A stretch of 53,921 nucleotides of DNA, filler included, from Sluysia triapertura (taxonomy: Eukaryota): NCBI GenBank assembly GCA_046118255.1. It is 4 parts of 4 records of this genome, joined end to end, with 100 filler letters (N's around TTAATTAATTAA, not from the genome) between each part and the next. Parts side by side here need not be neighbours in the genome. Positions count along the whole stretch, not along the records: positions 11,117 to 29,768 come from JBJNIA010131959.1; 3 more parts are not named here. One strand, 5' to 3'. Made by a program: the position numbers and the translations under genes. Positions within the stretch are counted from its first letter, which is position 1, and each line of letters begins with the position of its first letter. Below are positions 11,117 to 24,022 of this stretch, piece after piece. The notes under the pieces were generated by a model. That model was not told the origin of the DNA. It did not search any database and saw only the letters and a program-made list of their open reading frames with translations.

Positions 11117-12499
11117 AGTAAAATAATTACTAACCTTAAAATTATATACTTTTAACTAAATTAAAGTATACCACAATTATTGAAACTATTACAGGGCTAA
11201 AATATTATGCACCATACATTATTTATGACACAAAATCATAAGCCAAAGATGATCTGTGCAGATTCTAAACTTGAATCATTGAATACTCACAGAGTAAGAT
11301 TGAATTTCTACTTTGAAGTCGGTTAATACCACTATTAAAAAGTGGATGTAACAAGATATTTCGACAGACCTTTCATGAAAATCATAGCATACACTGACGA
11401 TTTATCAATCCCTAGTTCGAATGTATTATCGTATTTGGCTAAGAACCTCGAACACATACTTTCAATTATAACTTTACACTTGCCATTCTCGTATCATAGT
11501 CGGAAAATATGTTTTTCGTGGTCTACGGAGTCTTTTCTGACAAGTTTAAACTTTAATATAAAACCCTTCTCAAAAGGCCATGTTTTCACAAGAATTTATC
11601 AGACTTAGGGAATAATATTTTACCAGTTGTTATATATTCTTTCTTTGTTTAAACAATTTTTTAATTCTCCGTTTTCTTTCTTTGCATCGCCTTATTCTTT
11701 GTAACTGAGTAATCTCAAAATTAAACCAAAATTTCTCTCAAACACCACGTCTTACATCTTTGCAATTTAAAGATGAATACATCGATAGCAGCTGCAAATT
11801 TTCTTATTTATTTAAAGCTTTTCAATGTCAGTTTATAATTTTCTATGTATAATCACTTTATATCAAACACAAGTTGCCATTTTCAATTTTACTTTAAAAG
11901 TAAATACATAATGATAAGATAAATCTAATAGTTAGCGAATTATTTGGTTAACTACAAATAAATGAATGATATTTACCTGAAACATGATTAACTAGTTTAG
12001 CACCTATTCTCATGATTTATTATTACTCCAACATTAGATCCTTCTCGAAAATTATGAAATAATGAATTAAATGTTATTTTGATCTTAGTTTCTGTTAAAC
12101 AAAGAACATCAATGCTCAATATTTCCCATAATTTTATTTTGAATACCAAATTTAATGTAATCACTTTCTAGATTTAATTATGATTTTTCTTTTTAAAATT
12201 TCAATACATTTTGGACATTTATACAATTAAAACCATGACAACATTTATGTAATACTGTTCATTTTGTTTATTTGTACAAGTTGTCCTCTAAGATTTTTAG
12301 AACATTATAAACACGTTGGTTTACTGATTTATATATGCAATTACGATCATTATAACCAAAATATTTACAAATATTTGAATTACTCTTTCCGAAACATAAT
12401 GATTCGTAATTTTACATCTTTGAATGTCGACATATATCTTTTCATTCGAATAAAAATAGTTTTAATTATGTGTCCTACTTTAATATGAACACAAGTATG

Positions 12500-12840
12500 A
12501 TTTCATAAAACCTGGCTTATCGATCACAGAAGAAATATACTGTAACTAACTGGACGAAATGATGCAAAAACATAGAGAAACAGCCTAGGTTGGTCAAGAC
12601 TTTAGGACTTAGAGTTGAAAGTTTTTAATCATCAACCACATTCAACAGACCTAGCCCCACTAACTAGAAAACAATTGAATTTCGCCAGGAATTCATTGGC
12701 TTTGGTCCGCCAGGATTTTATATTACCAGCCCGAACAACCTCCACTTAAACGGCCAAAGTATATAGACAAAAGTTTGAATAAAACAATTACTTATATTTA
12801 TAAGTTATCAACCCACTTTGTCTTTTATTACCTGATATTT
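12500..12840 (+). mobile_element. Mariner transposase C-terminal remnant
   Basis: 'KPGLSITEEIYCN*LDEMMQK' and 'LELKVFNHQPHSTDLAP' (cf. HPPYSPDLAP), then 'QEFI...PGFY'. Internally deleted. Confidence 0.75.
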
Positions 12841-13203
12841 ATTTACAATAGTTTCAATACCATTTTCAAAAAACAAGTTTGTTTTTTGGTAAAGAATAAA
12901 CATGAAGTTTATACGAATCTAAGATTGGTGTATTCAAATTAGTGAGAAAAAATTTCGTGTTGAGACTTTCATGTTTTTCATGACAATTAAACATAATTAG
13001 ATTTAATTATATGCTTGCCATGTTAAGTCAAGAAAAAAATTCCAACATAATGTAAAGGTAATTAAATCTTGCAGATTCCGAAAAATAATAAACATTCATT
13101 CTTATATAATTAGAAATATTAAATTTCGTACAAATATTACTTTTTATAATTACATATTTAAACATTAACTATTTATATAATATTTAAATTTATTAAAATC
13201 TTA

Positions 13204-13879
13204 CTATCGATTGTTTTCTGATTCAATTAATTTTTGCCGAAGATTATTATTTTCCTTGGTGCATTGATTTAAACGTTTTTCAAGTCCTTCAACATAGCAC
13301 GCCTTTTTAGCTCGACTGTTTTTTGCTGAAATTTTATTTCTTATTTTACGCCTTATATTTTTTAAAGCTCGTTCTTCCATTTTTGTTAATGGAAAATGAG
13401 TTGGAATTGTATAACCTTCTTTTAAAAGTAATGATTTTTCTTCTTCACTCAAACAAATTTTATCACCCTAAATAAAATCTTAAAAGAAGGGAATAACTTA
13501 CTGCTTTACAACACACAATATCTTCATTGTTCAAATTCGATTTCAATGTTAATTCGGGTTTCGACTTTTTAATATCTTTAATAGTAAAAGGCAATAAATT
13601 TTTTTTGTAGGAATCAGTATTAAAAAACAGTTTCTTACAACTGTTTTCCGGCGTATCTGTAGAAATTTCTTCAATTTCAAGATGATTTAATGATGATTCA
13701 TCCACATCGATAATATGACTTCTTTCATCACTAAAATCTTGATTTAACAGAACATCAAGGTCTATATCGAAGTCCTCTATTTGATCATTTGAAAACTCTG
13801 AATATGTTTGTAAATTTAAAAGGTTACAATCATTTTCATTATCAAATACAGGAGTATCTAACTGATATTGTGAAAACAT
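13204..13879 (-). CDS. CREB3/OASIS/CrebA-family bZIP transcription factor; exons 13879-13502 and 13467-13204, 34-nt GT-AG intron 13501-13468
   Basis: '[58 protein letters not shown]' is the ATB + basic region diagnostic of the CREB3 family, with an acidic N-terminus. Intron GTAAGT...TTTATTTAG joins the two ORFs in frame (CCKA|[11 protein letters not shown]). Confidence 0.9.
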
Positions 13880-16690
13880 AATATTTTAACAAGGTTCTAT
13901 AGGTGAGCTTGCAAGTGTCATAAAACCAATCAAAATTTCAATTATTACTATAAAAAGAAACTATTGCATCATACGTTTACATAAAAATTTCTGAAATAAT
14001 ACTATTTATACAATAAGTGAAAATTCATTTCTACTAAAATATGAAATATATAAATCAAAATGATAAAAATAGATAATATGAATTTATATTTTTAAAAGTA
14101 ATAAATTGAAAAAAACTACATAGTTATTCAAATTTGAATTTTTGAGTATAAAATTATTTTATTTCATTAAAATCTTATTTTAACTTATACTATTTTATTA
14201 ATTTTCACTTTCAAAGAGAAAAGTTGTAGTTTGTTAGATAAAATCAACAAATAAAGCACAATACATAAGTTGCTAAATGCCGCGTTTTTAATTATCTAGT
14301 GAAGTATTAAATATAAAAATAATTAAACTTGAGTATTATTTGTAAAATTTTTAAATCACAGTTTTGTAAAAATATTATTTATGAAAGTGGTTATAAATTA
14401 CAATTACGAAGTTACGTAAAATTATGAAATTATTAATTAAATGAATTATAATAGGGAGACATGGTTGAGGGTTTAATATGATCGTAATTAATTTACTCAT
14501 AAATATTTCGATGTTTTTTGCGAGTCTACACGATAAGAAATGACTCAATATGAATTTTTTAATTCTTGTTTCATTTATTTACATAACGTTTGTATGATCT
14601 TAAGTTACATAAACAGGCTAGTTCATTTTCTTGCACGATTGAATTTTTAATTTTATATAATTTGTAATTGTATTTGAATCTTGATAAGTTATTGTAATTC
14701 AGTTTTTAGACTGGTCCTAGAAAAATGATCACCTGAAGTCATAAAATAAGTCATCAGATAATTTGGAGGTGAATTGGAAATATAATGTAAAGTGAGTCCA
14801 CATACAATCCTAGGTTTACACACTTAAGAGCTAGTCCGTAGAATTTAGGTAGGTTTAAGTAAGTTAATGGATGTTTGATAAATTAGAACTCTCGAAAGTA
14901 TTAGCTGAGGTTGAATAATCCTTTCTCTTATATAGTTTTTTCTAATTTTAAATTATTAACTGCCAGTCACTTATACTTGTAATTGGGCTTGAAATGATAA
15001 AGAATGTATATGTCAAGACTAATTGATAATGCTATTTAAGGATTAGTTTTCCGCTTTTATGAAGCGAGTTTATATATTAATATTTTAAATACGATCCCAA
15101 TTAGAAAGGATCTTGTGAAAAAATAAATTCATTACAGAATCGTAGAATCGGATTTATAACTACACATTTTTATCACTGCGCTTGTCAAATTGTGGTGTTT
15201 AGTTTGTGTTGCACTTCTATAAATAAAACTAAACCTCAATCTGAATTCATCTCAAATACATAACCAACATACATCAGTATTTATTCTTACCTTAAATTTC
15301 ATACCTTTTTTAAACTCACAGACTATTAAATATTCCTAGACTCCTAATCTAAGTTAAAATGCTAAACTTGAGTAATAACAATAGGTAATTCTAACTATAA
15401 GCGTTAACAAATTGCCATCAAATTAACCGTTCTCTATATGTTTTATCGTTTCCCATTCTCAATGTACGGCTTACGATTTTTCTTAAAGAAAAAAATTTGT
15501 TTCGCACAACTGGAGAAACAAATAGAACATTGTAGTTATTAATTATTAACTTAAGTTTATTTAGTTGTATAAGCCAAAAAAACCAGAAATAAATGAAATT
15601 GAAAAGAAGATTTACAGGATGAGCCGATGCACAGTAAGTTAATTTATATGGAAGAAAGAATTGCAGAAGATTTTCCTGGAAAGTCACGTTTAGAAGAATA
15701 CGAAGAATAGCCTATCAAGGTAAATACAGAGTTTTGTTTAAATATTCGACTAACGTTGTGTTCGAAATAAAAATCATATTTTCCTATATAGATTGCGATA
15801 GAAACGAGAATGCAATCGAACAATATTAAAGCGTAACAGACTTTTTTTGTTTTTTCATGTTTTTGAATATTTTACTAGCGGAATAAAATTTATAAAAATG
15901 AAAATGTAAAATTTGTAAAATATGTAATTATAATTAATATTAAATTATCTTATTGGAATTATTAAATTATTTTTATTGAAATAATATTCTTATATTAATT
16001 ATAAAAAATATTATTAGAAATTATTTTATTGAAATTGTTAAATTATTATTATAATAATAAAATTGTTTAAATGTTATTGTTTAAATTATTAATAATTTAA
16101 TTTAAAAATAAACTTACTAAAATTAAATATTCGAAAACTATAAATAGCGAAACTGAATCGCTATAAATCATTAATTTTAAAGCTTAAATTGAAATCATAA
16201 TTATAAATTTTAATTTTGAATTTTATTTTAAAAGTTTGTCAGAAAATAATATTTGAAATTATCAATTGAATTTATCGAAGTTCAATCGATTATTGATTTT
16301 TTCAGAATATAATTTGAAATTATCAATAGAATTTGTTAAAATATTATTTAAAATTTTCGTTAGTCATTTTAAGTTATTTCTCTTGAATAAAAATTATTGA
16401 AATGTTTAGCAAAGTCTTAAACTGCATAAATAAATATAATAAATTTAATTATTATATTAAATTGATTATTACTACTAAAGTTTAAACTATTACCATTTTA
16501 ATAGCACCTGAGTTTTTATGTACATTATCGAATTTTGCTTTTATGATTAACTCGTATTTTAATTTATTAACTGTTTGAAAATTAACTAACATTGTTATAC
16601 TTTACCAGATTTTTTTTACGATTAATTAACCTAGTTATACGTAATCGAGTTTCACTTTATTAAATATTTCAAGACTAATTAACTTTAAAT

Positions 16691-17307
16691 TTAATCACAC
16701 ACACATTCTTTAGATGATTTATGGCCTGGAATCGATGATTCATTAGATGAAGCAAGCGTCATTGTAGGCAAACACTTCCAGTATGAGAATGTTTCGTTGG
16801 CATTATATATTTGGTCAGGTTTCAAATCATTTGCTTGAACGTATTCCTCAAATTCAATGCAGAATTTAGTAGCTGCCTCAAAATCTCCGTTAAGGCGTTC
16901 TCCATGGATTGAAAGCTCATGACGTTTCTTAAATCTGGTTAGCCATCCAGGGGGTGCGTTAAAGTCGTCTTTCAATCCCAATGAATCATAAAAGAACTTA
17001 TCTTTACGCGCAATTACAGAGCCTGTAATTGGCATTCCTTTTTCTCGTTTTTGATTAAACTATTTAAGCATAGTTGTACCTAAATCTGCATACAATGACA
17101 TTTTCATACTTTTCCGAGTTGAAGGATCTGCATTACTATCACAAACTCTTGTAAACTCCTCCAACTTTTTCTTTGCTTAATTATATCGCTAACTGTTTGA
17201 ACACCCACTCTGTAATATTTCGAAAGTTTATTTACCTTTTCACTCATTTCAATTAACTGAAGTTTTTGTTTCACAATCAGTACGACTCTTTTGCGATTAT
17301 TTAACAT
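16691..17307 (-). mobile_element. pogo/Tigger (Jerky/CENP-B-like) transposase N-terminal remnant
   Basis: 'RKRVVLIVKQKLQLIE...YRVGVQTVSDIIKQR' (psq HTH), 'PITGSVI...FNAPPGWLTRFKKRH', 'QIYNANET..YWKCLP', 'GHKSSKE'. Frameshifted and truncated early in the DDE domain. Confidence 0.9.
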
Positions 17308-18135
17308 TGTGCTAGAGTATTTTTCTAAAATAATTTAAAATTTAAAAAAATTTAATTATAATTAAAATTTTAATTATATTCCGCTCACGGATAATCGGGA
17401 GTTTACTAGAAGCTACCAGTGCACTACGTTTGTTACTCGAATTCGATTCACGAATGCTAAAGATAATAAAGAAACAAGCTACCATATATGCAAGAATATG
17501 AGTCATTTGGAGAAAGATGATCTTCATCGAAACTTTGTTTATGTATTACGATTCGTACTTATATGTTTTATTTTTCTATCGTCTATTTTTCATTGTGCTT
17601 GCAGGACTTGCTAAGTTCTCGGGGTTTTGTTGTTCTTATCGTAACAATATATTTTTATTTGGCATAGTTATTTTTGAATTTTGTATAATAAAATTTAATG
17701 TGTGTTGTTTTGTTTCTAAAATTAAATTACAAACCTGTTATCAGAAATGTATAAGAACCTATTGAATAAAGTGTTTGATATAAATTATACCAAACAAACA
17801 AACAGTAAGATTATATGCCGGTTTTCTACACAGAATTGAGATTGGATAATTTTTGTGTAATAGGGTGTATACTCAACACTATTTTTCTAAAGTCGTTAGT
17901 TTGGTTCCTTAAATATTCTAAAATATTATCATTGTTAAAATACTGTGAATTTATTGCGAAACCGAATTTATATTAAGTCTGAGGAAATATCAGATTAAAT
18001 TTCAATATAATTAACAAGCAATTACAATAAAATATTAAAAATTTTTACACTGCTTTGAATTATCAAAAATATAGTGTAATACTAAGGAAAAAGTTAGAAA
18101 TAAAATTGTAACGTATAATAATAATAATGTGATTT

Positions 18136-18331
18136 TGTTGCGTCTTTGCAAATCATTAATTACTATAAACCTAAATTAATTCAATTAGCTTAAAAAGAAT
18201 CTCAATTATCCAAGTACTTCCTAAAATCAAGTATAAGTTTTCAGTAATTCTCTCACCACAAAATTAAGCTTTTGAAAATCAAATCAATAACACCACAATA
18301 ATTTACTGTTTAAACAAAAATCAAATACAAA

Positions 18332-18381
<50 letters not shown>

Positions 18382-19120
18382 ATTATAAATCTCCACTACA
18401 CAATATTAAAAATAAGTAAAATGACGAGATTAATAATAACGTTTATAATAGTATCAAGGATATAACCAGGAGTGACGCAACAAACACTAAGAAAAATATT
18501 AATTATTATTCACGATTATTTCTTAATAATAATCAAATATAAATTTCCAAAAAACAACACAAAAACAAAAACTATTTTAATAAAATCCCCCCGAAAATAA
18601 TATTATTTTTAATTATAAAATAAATTCAAAAATTACTTAAAGCATGAATCTTCTCATTTGCATTACTAATTGTTGTTGTTATTGTTGTGTTGATGTTGTG
18701 AAGTAAATTTTTTTTGGTATTCCTTATATTTTCTCATCATCCAATCATTTCAAAATTTTAATTGAACATTCTCTCACACAAATCACTTCAACATTATTTG
18801 AGATTTAATTCGACAATAATAACATGATTCAGATTGTCATATTTTATTAGATACAAAACACAAAATTGATTTACGATTATCTGTTGTTTTTCTTTACTCT
18901 ACTCAATCTATTTTTACTTAAATTACTTCTCACATTAAAATAAAAATCAGCAATATTATTAACATACATAAAAAAATGAATTTAATTTCACTTTTTAGAA
19001 TTTAATTAGTTTTCAATTTTTCACCAAATTTTTTAATGAAAAAATATTTAAGTTTCTTATTCTCAAACAAACCATTCTACAAACATTTCAAACTCATTTC
19101 TAGATTCTCCTCTTTTATAG
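18136..19120 (-). repeat. Dispersed repeat family B, inverted copy with an internal (ATT)n expansion
   Basis: TGTTGCGTC at 18136 and GTGACGCAACA ending at 18482. Reverse complement aligns to 8435-9366 and 4420-4920. (ATT)n at ~18333-18381. Confidence 0.85.
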
Positions 19121-19802
19121 CAATCATTTAATATTAAATTCACTATCTTTTCATCACTCTAAGTATAAAAAATTCAATATTCCATAATTAAGAATTAATT
19201 GAAATTTGACTTTGCTCAATATTAATGCTTTCTTTGCAAGAACTAGGTCAAACCATATCTGCATCGAAAGGTCTTTTAAAAGAAATACGTACGCTTTGGG
19301 GTATTAATGAATGATTTTACATTAAATGCAATTAAATTATAATCAATTCTATTAATTTTTAATAAAATGTATGTAAACATTGTGTTGGTTCTTTTTATTA
19401 ATACACATCGATAAAATTTTTCAAAATAATGGCCACAATGTTATTTATAACAATTTTTTTGAAATGAAAAAAATATTGAATAAGATCTTAAAAATCTATT
19501 AATTATAACGTAAATTGAATCAATTAAAAAGTTATATAATGTTATCTTGATAACTAAAATTGGTGAATGATTTATATTTTGGCATATCACAAGTTGTATA
19601 AATCAGTAAGATCTTAATAAGTATAAGTAAACGTCAATATAAATAAAAGTTTCTATAAAAACAAAATTTACTTCTAATTTAGAATTGTGATTCAGTTTAG
19701 CTGGATGTCCATTGCTATTAACGCAAATCATGTTGTTATGAAATGGAGGATTTGAATTGATTGAATTACTTTCTAATGAGATGTTTAGCTTGTTGATTTG
19801 AT

Positions 19803-19979
19803 CTAAGTTGATATTAGAATTGGCATTGTTGACGAATGATAACATAGTTCTGATACGTTGTGAGCATATGGACATAGACGGCCATATCTGAAGCATATAC
19901 CTAAATTATTTGTAGCAAACAAACATAGTGCGTTTTTGTGTTTATTTTTATGAAAATCGCATTTCAGATGATTATTTAA
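19803..19979 (-). pseudogene. Unkempt-like CCCH zinc-finger fragment (not in ORF track); decayed coding sequence may extend to ~20400
   Basis: Translation KCDFHKNKHKNALCLFATNNLGICFRYGRLCPYAHNVSELC resembles the recalled Unkempt finger RRYHLRYYKTGICIHETDSKGNCTKNGLHCAFAHGPHDLR, with the same C-x8-C-x6-C-x3-H spacing. Flanking frames contain stops. Confidence 0.7.
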
Positions 19980-20579
19980 TGTTATGTTGGATAAACATCA
20001 ACATGCTCGATCATAGAATTTACTTATTTAACAAATTCTTCATTTTAGTGCCAGTCATTTTAGATTCTTTAAGATTGCTTCCTTTATCATCAAATCTTCC
20101 ATTCATAATTATATTCATTAATTGATTAGAATAAAGATGATCGTTTCATTTTATACAATAATTCAATACTTGATGCATTAATCGTATTGTCTATCTAAAT
20201 TTAAATGATGAAATATTTCTTTCGTTTTTTGCGATCGTGTACACGAGTATTAATTCAATCCTTTCATCTGAAACATAATTTTTGTCTGGATTCATTAAAA
20301 GTTCCAGTTCTGTTTTAAAGTCACGATTGTTTATTTTAGTAAAGTATATTAATAATCACTAATTCTTACGATATTTAGTTCCAATTATAAAACTTTTTTA
20401 ATACTTCGTTCCTAAAAGTTAAAATCACAAATAATTATTGAATAATTATTTTTAGCGTAAATAATTACAGAGTAAATTATGATTGAGACTTTTATAAAAT
20501 TTTAATTGTCCTTTCTGTTCACTTATTGTGTTGCCTATAATCTTTTAGTTTTCCATTAAGTTGTTCTAAAAGAAAAATT

Positions 20580-21580
20580 ATGTTGTTGTCCAAACAAAAC
20601 TGCTGCCAAAAGACCGGACAGCCAATAGAAATCAAATCAATCGCCTCTCAAAAACAAATTGTGTATATACAGTGAATGGCTGACCAATGAAAATAATTAT
20701 ATCTTTGTCACTAAGTTGAGATATTATTAATGTGAAATGTCAAAAAAGACAGCAAAATGGAGTTGCTGATGAGAAATACAGACGATTGTGAGAATAAAAA
20801 TTAGTTTTTAATTGAAACGGTCGTTGTTAACAGTAATAACGACAAGGACCATCATGATAATGATTATAATAAAATTTTTTAATAATAAAAATCAGTATTA
20901 ATAAAAGTGTAGCAATGTAAATAATAATAATAATAAACTAAAATTAATGATAATAAAATGAAATAAAATAAAATAAATGCATAAAAGACAAATTCTATAA
21001 AGTATTTATGCTTTTCTTTCTACATTTCTTTAATATATGAAAATAATACATAATATTAGAACATACAAATTTTTCTACATTTCTTTATACTTTAAACTAT
21101 ATCTTTTTCTTACATTTGTATAAAAACTTAAAATTTTGTTAAAAGGCTTTGTTCTTTGTGTTCGTTCGTTATTTATTGTTTGTGTTTTGTTGAAAAATAT
21201 GTTCTTTGCAATTCTTATTTCTTTTAATGATTCAAATGCTTTACAGATCATTTAACTGTTGCACAATGCTAAAGTAATTAAACTAGAGGCTGTTGAATTT
21301 GATATTTATTTTACAAAATAATTGTTGAATGAAGAATACGTGTTGTAATCAGAATAAGAATGTAAAAAGAAATTAAAGAATTTGGAGATGTTGAAATAAA
21401 TTCCATTTAGATTTTTGAAATAGATTTAAAATGTAAATTTAATGATTTTAATGTTATCAAATATTGAACTTAAAAGTATATTAGAATATATAAAATTTTG
21501 TACTTTATGAAGAAATAAAAGATGGAGTATTACAGAAATGTGATTTTTTATTATGAAGAATTAAATTAAAATTTTAGGTA
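20580..21580 (-). repeat. Dispersed repeat family A, diverged copy lacking the terminus
   Basis: G/T-skewed block similar to 32400-32980 and 40064-40400. CCAAT-containing inner end and (AAT)-rich segment. Confidence 0.5.
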
Positions 21581-21700
21581 ATAAGGTTTCAAATTTAATG
21601 TAGCATTCCTCATTCAAAAGTTATTCACAAAAAATTACTTTTTCTTAATTAAGTTAATTAAGATTTTAATTAATTAATCTTTTTTAGAGTTAATCTTATT

Positions 21701-22240
21701 CTATATTTAAAGGTTTTATTAAGGTTCTACAGTTATTTATTAGTTCATAAAGCATTCAGGAGGCTCTAGATGCTTCTTTTTTCTTCTAGATGATTCATTT
21801 TCCTACTTATTAATAATTACCATACTAAATTTATGCCTAATCCAATAACAATGATTTGATTTCTCAATTATTTTAAAGATTTAAATACTTCATAAGATTG
21901 CTCGAATAACTTAGATGCTTATCAACGTTTCAGGAATACTTAAAGCTTAATAAAGTCTCAGATGATCTCAAGGTTTACGAGGTCAAAAGTACTCTAATGC
22001 CTTCAAAGATTTTCCAAATCCATTTCAAGCTTCCACAAGGTCTCCACACCTTAATAAGTCTTTGGAATGCCAAGGTATTCTGTAGCTGTTAAAATTATTA
22101 TAGATGTTTTTACTTTCATGATTCTTATACGGTCAATGTTTTTAATGTTCAATCCATCAATTTGTGTTAGTTTTTCCTTCACTTTATAGTTCCACATGAT
22201 TCTCATTCATCTTCTGATCCAAGGTTGGACAATCTCAACA
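21701..22240 (-). repeat. Dispersed repeat family D (~500 bp, starts TGTTG(G/A)GATTG(C/T)CCAA)
   Basis: Reverse complement aligns to 29094-29592 and 52790-53256, e.g. 'catctagagcctcc'. Confidence 0.85.
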
Positions 22241-24022
22241 TAATAACAAATTTTAATTTGTATACATTAAATTAATAAAATTTTAAATGAATTTAATTTC
22301 TCTTGTTTTATTAAATCATATTTGAATAATTGTAAACAAGCAATATGGCGACCAAAATTGTAGTATATAAGTATTGAATTTTGGAAGCCATATTGCAAAA
22401 ACAATACAATCTGATCAGCAAGGAAATTTTTCAAATCAATCAGATTCATGAAAGTAAGGTAATTTTCGTTAAGTTTTTCGTCCTATTTTAATTAGGAGAA
22501 CTTAATATCTTACGTAATATATTATCAATCATCCTATCCCTTAACGGTAAGGCTAATTTGTAATTTTTAAAATCTTCAGCATTAAAGAAATTGTTAATAT
22601 TCTATAAATACAATTTAAAATATTATCGTTATTATATTTTTTGATTTATAATTTGTGCATCATACTTTAAGTGAACATATTTCGAGTGCATTAAAATATA
22701 AGGATTTTAGTCTCCGTTCTAAAATATTTTAGCATTTGATAGACCGTAAAAAGGCTAGCTCAATCTTCATATTATTCGCTAAACCGCACTAAGATTCAAG
22801 TATAAATTCTGAATTAATTGAATTAAGTATTTAGCTTAGTAAATACCGCAAAACGTTACTTATTATTTTCACTTGAATCACTACGTGACTAATCTAGGAA
22901 AATCCTAATTGGATGCCATCTTCATAGGTATAAGCTGTGTTTATTAGCGAATTGACCTCTAGATATTTTGCTAGGTTAAATTAAATATTTCGTAGAAAAT
23001 ACCAACAAGAATTTCACATTTGGAAAGCACATTTACATTTCGCTAGTCTTAATCATTAATTACCATACTCTTAGGAGGTACATAAAATCCACTTAACGTT
23101 TTAAATTATTTGTTCACGACCATTTTAAATAGGTGGATTAAAATCTAATTAAAATAAATCATTTCAATTAAAGTTCATTGCAACTTTAACGTTATAATAT
23201 AAGTCTCCATATTATTTCTGCTATTCTTTTTTTAGTTTGAATAAACTTTGATTAATTTAGCTTCGTAAATGATTATAAATTATAGAGCTATACTTAATTA
23301 AAATTAATACTAGATTGTGTTTTTGAAAAGGCTTTAAAGTACAAGCCTTTAAAATACTGTGTTGTAGTCCTACTTTAAATAAGGAATAAAAATATATAAT
23401 AAATAAACTACAAATTTGTAGTAAGTGCTTAGATTAAGTAATAATAAAGTCGATCAGATGACCTCATTAATCTTAAAATCCTGTAAGCAAACCCTTAACT
23501 GAGTAAGTCTTGTACTATAGACGAGTTCTTTATAATTTTAAATAAAATTTATGTTAGGTAAGTTTTTGAATAAACCACAGCAATATGATCAAAGGCCAAC
23601 ACAAAAAAGTGTTTAAAACGTCTGCATTTCAAAGATGACATTAGTTGACTTATATGAGTTCGCAGACGAATCTGGTGGGATATAGTAGTCATGTAACTAT
23701 TTATGATTATTTGTTTTAATATTGAACTTTTAATGAATTTGAATATTCAATATAAGAATTATAAATTCGATTTTTTATTTCTTTAAAAAGACTGAGTATA
23801 TAAGTTATTAAAAATATATTCAAACCAAAAAAGTAATGTTACACAGATAATTCTTTAGAAAACTAAAGTTATTGGATGGATTTAATATTTGAAAACAGTA
23901 AATTGAAAAATTACATTGTAAAGATAATTATATTAATTTATTACATTGATTTTAAGTCAATAAAATCTCTATTAATTTATTGTAATTATTAATTACAATA
24001 TTTAATATTTAATAAACTCTTT

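Noticed and set aside
11140-11960. Coding-like minus-strand stretch (similar stretches at 40870-41300, 44330-44650, 45380-45680)
   Set aside because: Multiple stops and no recognisable motif; cannot be assigned without a search.
15300-15700. CR1-like C-terminal 'KTYRERL' (similar weak signal at 9470-9750)
   Set aside because: Only a single short motif; insufficient support.
8435-19120. Inverted family-B copies as TIRs of a large element carrying the CREB3-like gene
   Set aside because: B is dispersed (five copies in the window), the copies are diverged, an assembly gap lies between them, and no TSD is visible.
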